A stretch of 10,800 nucleotides of DNA from Nitrosopumilaceae archaeon (lineage in GTDB: Archaea; Thermoproteota; Nitrososphaeria; Nitrososphaerales; Nitrosopumilaceae): the NCBI GenBank assembly GCA_052389415.1, contig JBQTHX010000037.1:1-10800 (forward strand), written 5' to 3'. The notes under the pieces were generated by a model. The model saw only the letters and a program-made list of their open reading frames with translations. It made no database searches and was not told the DNA's origin. Below are positions 1 to 6,409 of this stretch, piece by piece. Position 1 is the stretch's first letter. Every line of letters starts with the position of its first letter. Position numbers and translations under genes: made by a program.

Positions 1-724
1 TTTTGATATCTCGTTCAAGGAATTCTTTAGCATTTTTGTGTCTAATGTCAACAGCGGATCCTAAATCAAAGACAACCAAGCCATCTCTAGTTTTAAAAAT
101 ATTGTATTCTGAAAAATCAGCATGCACCAGTTGTGCTTTTTTGTACAGGTCTGAAATAATTGATATCGCGTTTTGATAGTCACTTTCATTAATCTCAGTT
201 TCTACCAGAGTTTTTGCTGGTACGCCATTATTTCCTACAAATTCTAGCACAAGGACATTTTTTAGAACACGGATTGGTTTGATTGATGGAATGCCGTTTT
301 TAACACACTGAATAAGGTTTCGAAATTCCTTTTGTGCCCAAAGCTCCACCAGGTTTCTTGTCCCCTTTTTTGTGCGTAAAAATCTTCGATCGTCAACAAG
401 GTAGGGCAGTCTTTTTTTAAAATTTGATGCAGTTACAAGATATATCTTGATTGCAATATTGTTTCCACAAGGATCCACTGCCCAGTACAGCTTGGATTCC
501 TTGCCGGAGCCAACAATGCCATTTACATAAGAGATGGTACCTGAATTTATCAACTTGGACAGTGCCATTATCGAGGTCCTGTCCAAAACATCTTCCATGA
601 CCTTTTTTTTATCAAAGATGTCTTTTTCGGATTCTTTTCTTCTTTGCTTTATCAGAATTTCGTTATCGATGCGTATCGTTAATTTTTTTCCAAGCTCGTC
701 TGACAATAATGCAGTTTCTAACAT
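1..724 (-). CDS. rio1: RIO1-family Ser/Thr protein kinase/ATPase (5' part; runs off the left edge)
   Basis: Manual minus-strand translation is open from 724 to the edge: MLETALLSDELGKKL...VNGIVGSGKESKLYWA...IAIKIY...WAQKEFRNL...NVLVLEFVG...LVHADFSEYNIF...VVFDLGSAVD..H..A.EFLERDIK. It contains the RIO motifs GKES, AIKIY, WAxKEFRNL, LVHxDxSEYN and FLxRD. Start is ATG at 724 or in-frame TTG at 706. Confidence 0.96.
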   Translation of the reverse strand, partial: MLETALLSDELGKKLTIRIDNEILIKQRRKESEKDIFDKKKVMEDVLDRTSIMALSKLINSGTISYVNGIVGSGKESKLYWAVDPCGNNIAIKIYLVTASNFKKRLPYLVDDRRFLRTKKGTRNLVELWAQKEFRNLIQCVKNGIPSIKPIRVLKNVLVLEFVGNNGVPAKTLVETEINESDYQNAISIISDLYKKAQLVHADFSEYNIFKTRDGLVVFDLGSAVDIRHKNAKEFLERDIK

Positions 725-731
725 CTATTGT

Positions 732-754
732 TCACCTCACCATTCTACTTAAGA
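732..754 (-). promoter_or_regulatory. Putative rio1 TATA box (CTTAAGTA, 754-747) and SD-like GAGGTGA (738-732)
   Basis: Minus strand reads CTTAAGTAGAATGTGAGGTGAACAATAG-ATG. The TATA-like box is 23-30 nt and GAGGTGA 7 nt upstream of ATG724. Confidence 0.5.
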
Positions 755-842
755 TGCTACTACCAAAATAGGACAGCAAAGATCATTTGCAACCATAAAT
801 GCCTAGTTAAGCCCGTATAATAGAGAGGAACGCCTATGCATT

Positions 843-1043
843 GTGATTACAATGAACATGGACTACAAGAGAACAATTAGATGTGTTGTATGTGACATTT
901 TCATTGGTGAGATTGATTTTGATGCCCAGGTTGTTCTTCCAAAGTGTGGTCACTGCGCAAACCCAATACTAGAGATTGTAGACAGTTTACCAATTCTATC
1001 TGGCAAGATTGAAGACAAGACACCACTATTACTGGTGAATTGA
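843..1043 (+). CDS. Small CxxC...CxxC zinc-ribbon protein
   Basis: RCVVCD...PKCGHCANP gives two Cys pairs with zinc-ribbon spacing. It is divergent from rio1. True start may be ATG 852 or 858. Confidence 0.72.
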   Translation: MITMNMDYKRTIRCVVCDIFIGEIDFDAQVVLPKCGHCANPILEIVDSLPILSGKIEDKTPLLLVN

Positions 1044-1053
1044 TTCTAGGAAT

Positions 1054-1284
1054 ATGGAAGAAATAGCATGGGATGTCATAGAGCAAGTATTTTCCAAGAC
1101 AATTCGTGAACTTGGAATAACAGACTATGGTATGCAACAAAGGATTTTTAGCGACATAAAAAAGGAATTGACTGGTCAGCTAAAAGAGATCCTTGCAAGG
1201 GATGTGGAGAGAATAACACAGGATGAGCTCAAGCAAATAATACTAAAAGAGATAACCAACGCAGAACTCAAAGTAACTACATAA
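1054..1284 (+). CDS. Small hypothetical, predicted helical protein (76 aa)
   Basis: ATG-started ORF 10 nt after the Zn-ribbon stop, rich in E/K/I/L with an amphipathic pattern, followed by a T-tract. Confidence 0.65.
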   Translation: MEEIAWDVIEQVFSKTIRELGITDYGMQQRIFSDIKKELTGQLKEILARDVERITQDELKQIILKEITNAELKVTT

Positions 1285-1297
1285 TTTTTAAAAAATT
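1283..1297. terminator. Bidirectional oligo-T terminator between convergent genes
   Basis: AATTTTTAAAAAATT gives a T5 on the plus strand and a T6 on the minus strand, between stops at 1284 (+) and 1304 (-). Confidence 0.55.
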
Positions 1298-1303
1298 CAA
1301 TAT

Positions 1304-3217
1304 TTATGAAAGCGTTATGCTATCGCTAGTTTCTACATTGCTGGAGGAAACATAACTAAATCCTGATTTGATAACATTATTTACTGTGAAGGTAAAGGTT
1401 CCGCATCCCTTGATCGGACTGGATGTGAATGTTGCCTTGCCATTGCCGCTAGTTGATGCACTAAGAACTGCAGAATAGGCTCCACTCCACTGTCCTGTTA
1501 CAGAGACTCCGCTTGCAGGTTGATTTGTTCCATCAAGAACAAGAACGGAAGATGAGGCAGTACAAAACTTATTTTTGCCCTTTTGTGAAGTTGTACCTGA
1601 CATTGTAATGTCACCTATGTGCAGAGTTGGAGTTTGGCCAGGTGCACTAATGACAACAGATGCAGTCTTGGCATTATCTGCAGTATCAATCTCTCCTGCA
1701 ACATTACCTGTAGAAGCTTCGATAGTGTGAGTATTAAGAGAAGAGCTTGCAGTATTCCAGTTAAAGACTAGTGTTGTAGACGAGCCCGGCCCTAAGCTTG
1801 TACTCTGTGTTCCAATTGTAAAACTGTCGGTTAAATCCCTAACAGTGACACCAAAGGTTTCTGCTTGATTTCCTTGGTTTGTAACTAGAACGTTAATGCT
1901 TACTAATTGAGCCTGGGTGGCAGAAGATGGTGCAGATACAGATACAACGGAAATATCATGAACAGGTGTTGGTGGCGTTACAGTTCCTACATACACCAAT
2001 GGTTCATGAAATGAATCAGGATCACCCCCAAATCCTCCATATCCATTATTTTGAGATGTGTTACAAGAGTTGGTTTGTGGCACTCCAGAGTTTATCAACG
2101 CAGTTTTTACAGCTGCAGGCAAAGCACTAGGATTATTTGACTTGTACAAAGCTGCTGCTCCAGCTACGTGCGGGCTGGCCATACTTGTTCCACTTAGCGT
2201 ATTGTATCCACCATTAAGATATGTAGACCATATCTGTACACCTGGTGCTGCAATATCTACTGTACTTCCATAATTGCTAAATGAAGCTCGCGTATCATCA
2301 GCTCCATAACTAGTGTTAAATCCCAAACCACCGCATCTTCCATCTGCATCAGCTATCGCAGAAACAGTGATAACGTTTGGATTTTTTGCAGGCCAAAAGT
2401 TTGATGCATCCATTGCACTATTTCCTGCTGCAACAACATAGGTAACTCCAGCTGCAACTGAGTTATTAATTGCCGTGTCTCCAGCACTAGTTGAACCCTG
2501 AAATCCCAAGCTCATGTTTGCAACTTCAATTTCAGATGCATGAGCTGTGACATAGTCTATGCCAGAAATTATCCATGATAGGTAACCGCTTCCTGCAGAG
2601 TCTAGTGTCTTTACTGCCCAAAGCCTTGCGCCAGGAGCTACGCCAACAACGCCTGCAGAATTGTCATAAGCTGCGGCAGTTCCTGCTACATGAGTTCCAT
2701 GACCATTGTCATCATTTCCGTTTGAGGTAAACCACACGTAGCTTACCTGGTTCCATACTCTAAGATCAGGATGAGAAAGGTCAATTCCAGTATCTATTAT
2801 TGCGATATCAACATTTACACTGCCGATGCCATCTCCAGATACCGTAGGGCTAAGGTCTGCATCCATCCGGTTGATTCCAGTTGGCATTGTCTGTGCAAAT
2901 GCCTGGACTATCTGGTCCTGTTCTACATATGCCACTCTAGGATTATTTTTAATGCCTTCTAGTGCCTGTTCATTTGGAATCTTGATTACAAAACCCTTGA
3001 TTGCGTGTTTGTAAACACCAATGATCTCAGCTCCTTGATTTTTTGCATTTTCAGCTTCAGCTTGTGGATCAATTGATGGATCGTCTTTTAAGACAACAAT
3101 GAATCTTCCATCAAAATTTTCTGGCTTGTCAGCAAAGCTTGTGTAGGGAATTGTAATGCTACTTGCAAGTAAAAACATGATTGAAATGCTTGAAGCAACT
3201 ATGATTCTTCTTTGCAT
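1304..3217 (-). CDS. Secreted S8 subtilisin-like serine protease (signal peptide, I9 propeptide, S8 domain, CARDB-like Ig domain, C-terminal Ig-like domain)
   Basis: Catalytic triad motifs IAIIDTGID, NGHGTHVAG and SGTSMASPHVAG; oxyanion VAAGN; I9-like FIVVLK...YKHAIKGF...NPRVAYVEQDQ; hydrophobic N-terminus; HDISVVSV...NQGNQAETF...DTADN CARDB-like segment. Confidence 0.96.
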   Translation of the reverse strand: MQRRIIVASSISIMFLLASSITIPYTSFADKPENFDGRFIVVLKDDPSIDPQAEAENAKNQGAEIIGVYKHAIKGFVIKIPNEQALEGIKNNPRVAYVEQDQIVQAFAQTMPTGINRMDADLSPTVSGDGIGSVNVDIAIIDTGIDLSHPDLRVWNQVSYVWFTSNGNDDNGHGTHVAGTAAAYDNSAGVVGVAPGARLWAVKTLDSAGSGYLSWIISGIDYVTAHASEIEVANMSLGFQGSTSAGDTAINNSVAAGVTYVVAAGNSAMDASNFWPAKNPNVITVSAIADADGRCGGLGFNTSYGADDTRASFSNYGSTVDIAAPGVQIWSTYLNGGYNTLSGTSMASPHVAGAAALYKSNNPSALPAAVKTALINSGVPQTNSCNTSQNNGYGGFGGDPDSFHEPLVYVGTVTPPTPVHDISVVSVSAPSSATQAQLVSINVLVTNQGNQAETFGVTVRDLTDSFTIGTQSTSLGPGSSTTLVFNWNTASSSLNTHTIEASTGNVAGEIDTADNAKTASVVISAPGQTPTLHIGDITMSGTTSQKGKNKFCTASSSVLVLDGTNQPASGVSVTGQWSGAYSAVLSASTSGNGKATFTSSPIKGCGTFTFTVNNVIKSGFSYVSSSNVETSDSITLS

Positions 3218-3240
3218 TTTATGAAATACGTCTGTTCTTG

Positions 3241-3247
3241 CTTTAAG
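3241..3247 (-). promoter_or_regulatory. Putative TATA box of the S8 protease gene
   Basis: CTTAAAG on the minus strand 24-30 nt upstream of ATG 3217, the spacing expected for a near-leaderless archaeal transcript. Confidence 0.5.
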
Positions 3248-3363
3248 TCTTGTGCAGAATTGGTAACAAAAAAATTATTTTTTCAAGATCTGTCTTTAAC
3301 TAATGTTATGTATTACTTGTAAATTACTTCTAAAGCAAGACTTGGAGTTTGATCTAGATTCAA

Positions 3364-3380
3364 CAAATAAAAAAGAAAAA
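3364..3380 (-). terminator. Oligo-T terminator after the 646-aa gene
   Basis: Minus strand reads TTTTTCTTTTTTATTTG starting 15 nt after the TAG at 3396. Confidence 0.55.
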
Positions 3381-3395
3381 GGGAAGTTTTTGTTT

Positions 3396-5336
3396 CTAGT
3401 CGAAGATTCCGTTGCCGTTAATATCTAAGATGATATCTTCTCCATCATCCCAGTTAGTTGATAGATCTGCATCATTGAATTTCAGCAGTGGATCTACTCC
3501 AAGACATCCGGTGAAGGCAGTGCCAGTTTCCAAGTCTACATCGACCGGCTGCAGGTCAACAAGACTAGCATCGATATCTAATACTAACGGATCGACAAAG
3601 GTCAGGTTACTATCGTGAACAGTATTACGAGAAGCTGTGGGATATGCTGATCCTTCAACATGTAGGTCATCGCCTCCAGTCCATGTACAACTTGCATCGT
3701 TATCGAACCAATCAAGTCCTTCGACATCAAAACCAGTTGGCCATGATGCTAACGGATTTCCCCATACGACAGAGAATGTTCCTGCTAATGCGGAAGTAGT
3801 ACCATCGCCATCAACGCAGATGTCTTGTGTATTAATACCACCACATCCTGGATAGTCTTCTGCTACATGAGGATCTGTAGCAAGTTCAAGCTCATCTTGG
3901 TCGCTAAATCCATCACCATCACAGTCACCCAGTGCATCCTCTGTTAGTACAGAAACAGTAATGCTTCCTGTCGAAGCGCTTTGCTGTTTGTTGTTTTCGT
4001 CTTTGTACTTTACAGTTGCACCAGAGTTGATGTCATGATAACTACAGGAAGTGTATTCCTGGTTTCCAGCTGGGTTTTGATCGGTTACTACAGTGAGAAC
4101 CAATTCTTCTGATTGGCCATCATTCAAGCTTCCAACGTTCCACGAAAGAGATTCTTTTGCAGTCTTTCCTTTTAGGGTTAACGTGACATCAGGATCAAGA
4201 GGATCGATTACATCTAGATCACCACCGAAGTTGTCTTTTACTACAACGTTGGTCCAGTTTTGCCCAGAGTTGTTGGAAACTATAATGTGGAATGTGTATG
4301 TGATTACCTCACCGACTTCGATGATGCCATCACCGTCATCGTCTAAGATTTCTACGAATTTGCAAATTTTTCCATCTGCACTGCATTCTGCTTCTTGATA
4401 TACAACTACCAATGATGCTCCTTCCATGTTAGGTGCAGGAGAATCATCCCATGGATCTGTTCCTGTTGAATCACCTGTAGGGAATCCAGCTATCACATAG
4501 CTACCATTTCCTGGCACGAGACTTGTAACGTCAGCATAATATCCAAATGAAGTGTCACCAGACCAGCATGGTGAGACATCTGTTCCGATTAGATTTCCTG
4601 CTACTGGGTTTCCGTCTACTGTGATGTCACCCCCTTGATCAACATCGTCAAGGTAGTTCCAGTAGAGTAGCGATTGAATCGGTATAGCCCCTGCAGGAAT
4701 TCCAGAGATTGTTATTGTTCCTTGGTCCAAGTTTCTTAGTCCAACACCAGCTGCAGCGTATCCGACTCCACCCGTACCTTCCTCAAATACAATTGCTTGA
4801 TGTGTGAGGCAATCTGTTACAGCACCTAGTGTATCAATTTCGACAGTTGCTGAAATATCGCCTGGTGCTACAAAAGAGGATACATCATTTGTAAATGTGT
4901 CCCAGAGACACCTAGTTGGAGGACTGCCGTCAGCTCCTACAAGATCTCCTAATAGACTGCCATTGAAGGTTACAGCATTAATAATGGAAGCTCCTCCGCC
5001 TTGAGGACAGCCTTCTTGAGCATCTGCTGAAATAAGTGTCATTCTTGCAGTTCCTGGATCGACTATAAATCCGCCAATCACTATGGTTGTCGGGAAATCA
5101 AAGATTTGTGTATCAACTCCATGATATACCGTAATTGTCTTAGACAATGAAGAATATTGGAATTGTTGGGTTATAGGCACAACCGCGACAGAGATGACTG
5201 GTTCTGCATTTGGATCTGCAGTACCTAGAACTACATCTGCATACACATTAGGATGTAAATTTGAGATTCCTGTCAGAATTGTTAAAGCAATGAAAGTTAC
5301 TAGAATTGTTTTTTTATTTTCTTTTTTCAAAGTCAT
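3396..5336 (-). CDS. Large acidic secreted/surface protein: DUF3344-like beta-sandwich pair, DUF11-like Ig domain, Asp-rich Ca-binding motifs
   Basis: Signal peptide (KKENKK + hydrophobic + VYA); AGVGLRN..GTITISGIP...LYW...PCW...YADVT...EGASLVVVY; DUF11-like VGEVITYTFHIIVSN...NVVVKD...LSWNVGSL; DxDxDG motifs (DDDGDG, DCDGDGFSDQDE, DINGNG). Domain names are from memory of the motifs. Confidence 0.85.
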   Translation of the reverse strand: MTLKKENKKTILVTFIALTILTGISNLHPNVYADVVLGTADPNAEPVISVAVVPITQQFQYSSLSKTITVYHGVDTQIFDFPTTIVIGGFIVDPGTARMTLISADAQEGCPQGGGASIINAVTFNGSLLGDLVGADGSPPTRCLWDTFTNDVSSFVAPGDISATVEIDTLGAVTDCLTHQAIVFEEGTGGVGYAAAGVGLRNLDQGTITISGIPAGAIPIQSLLYWNYLDDVDQGGDITVDGNPVAGNLIGTDVSPCWSGDTSFGYYADVTSLVPGNGSYVIAGFPTGDSTGTDPWDDSPAPNMEGASLVVVYQEAECSADGKICKFVEILDDDGDGIIEVGEVITYTFHIIVSNNSGQNWTNVVVKDNFGGDLDVIDPLDPDVTLTLKGKTAKESLSWNVGSLNDGQSEELVLTVVTDQNPAGNQEYTSCSYHDINSGATVKYKDENNKQQSASTGSITVSVLTEDALGDCDGDGFSDQDELELATDPHVAEDYPGCGGINTQDICVDGDGTTSALAGTFSVVWGNPLASWPTGFDVEGLDWFDNDASCTWTGGDDLHVEGSAYPTASRNTVHDSNLTFVDPLVLDIDASLVDLQPVDVDLETGTAFTGCLGVDPLLKFNDADLSTNWDDGEDIILDINGNGIFD

Positions 5337-5358
5337 TGTATCAGAAAAAAATTTTATC

Positions 5359-5367
5359 GCATAAATA
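5359..5367 (-). promoter_or_regulatory. Putative TATA box of the 646-aa gene
   Basis: TATTTATGC on the minus strand 23-31 nt upstream of ATG 5336. Confidence 0.5.
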
Positions 5368-5569
5368 TGTTACGTAGCTATTATTCTAATACATCGATCA
5401 TTTATTATCTGCAATTATTTCATCTGGTTTGTTTTAATGTGTATTGGTCTTGTGATCTTTTTTTATTATGATGTATAGTTTCTTACTTTTCAAAAATTAC
5501 CAAAGGAAAATAATCTCTTTTAACAGAATACTTCCCATGGAATAGCTTCTGAGATTTAGAGGATCAACC

Positions 5570-5785
5570 TTATACTGTTGCAGGACCAAATGGTTCTGAA
5601 GGAACCGATTTGAACTTCATCAGTTTTTGGTACTTTCTCCAGTCCTTGTAAGCAAGGTACGGGCAAAAAATTATCGCACCTATTGCTATAACAGGGATGA
5701 CATCAATTACCAAAGTACCAACTCCCACACAGAATCCTATACTGTTTAAGATTATTCCTCTCTTGGCTTTTTGGATTTCATCCAT
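5570..5785 (-). CDS. Small two-TM membrane protein
   Basis: MDEIQKAKRG, then two hydrophobic segments (IILNSIGFCVGVGTLVI; VIPVIAIGAIIFCPYLAY) and a basic tail. ATG 5785 preferred to the track's TTG 5845. Confidence 0.6.
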   Translation of the reverse strand: MDEIQKAKRGIILNSIGFCVGVGTLVIDVIPVIAIGAIIFCPYLAYKDWRKYQKLMKFKSVPSEPFGPATV

Positions 5786-5904
5786 GCATGAAGTGCGTAA
5801 CTCTAACAAATTATGTGAGCTTGCAAGTTTTGCAATTATTTTCAACTAATGTAAATAGATCTTTTATGAATCTATGTGATAAAAAATGCGGTGGCAACAG
5901 CCAA

Positions 5905-6327
5905 ATGATGTTGAGACAGAAAAGACCTATGGAAATAAAGGCGATAGGAATTGTAGCCTTGGTAGTAGAATTTTTTGCGCTTCTTGGAGGGTTGGGACTA
6001 GTTACCTCCACTGTCTCATTTTCGGATCTAGGCGTTGATGTCTCAGGGTGGGAGGCAGAAACGCTTGGTGCCATCTCCTTTGTAATTGGCATTTTCTGGC
6101 TCTCCTTTGCAGGATACTGCGCAATCACTGTTCTGTGTTTATTTTTGAGATTAAGATTTTCCTGGCTTCTGACCATGGTATTATCAGGTTCTCTTTACTT
6201 TATGGGATTTCTTAACTTCAAAGATGGATTGTATATTGATGGAACGTTTTATGTTGTACTTAGTACAATCATTACTTCATTAGTATACACGCAGCCAGTA
6301 AAAGAATATTTGAAAATGATATATTAG
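5905..6327 (+). CDS. Four-TM membrane protein of the KRPxxI...PVKEYL type
   Basis: About four hydrophobic helices, with an N-terminal KRP motif and C-terminal YTQPVKEYL resembling small archaeal membrane proteins. The track extension from 5788 looks non-coding. TTTTATGAA at 5862-5870 is a plausible TATA box. Confidence 0.75.
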   Translation: MMLRQKRPMEIKAIGIVALVVEFFALLGGLGLVTSTVSFSDLGVDVSGWEAETLGAISFVIGIFWLSFAGYCAITVLCLFLRLRFSWLLTMVLSGSLYFMGFLNFKDGLYIDGTFYVVLSTIITSLVYTQPVKEYLKMIY

Positions 6328-6409
6328 ATGTGCTAACATTTGTTTGTCATATCAATGCTACCCAATGTTTATCTGAAATAAAGTGAGAATCGTTTTCTAG
6401 AAAAATGGT

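Noticed and set aside
534-752. 72-aa plus-strand ORF
   Set aside because: Antisense shadow of rio1.
901-1140. 79-aa minus-strand ORF
   Set aside because: Overlaps two better plus-strand ORFs and has no motif.
3236-3343. Inverted repeats TCTTGCTTTA/TAAAGCAAGA and AAGTCTTG/CAAGACTT about 85 bp apart near the S8 promoter
   Set aside because: Short arms in AT-rich DNA with no target-site duplication. Not enough to call a MITE or an operator.
1927-5004. Plus-strand ORFs at 1927, 2058, 2771, 2826, 3412, 3637, 4093 and 4804
   Set aside because: All lie antisense within the two long, well-supported minus-strand genes.
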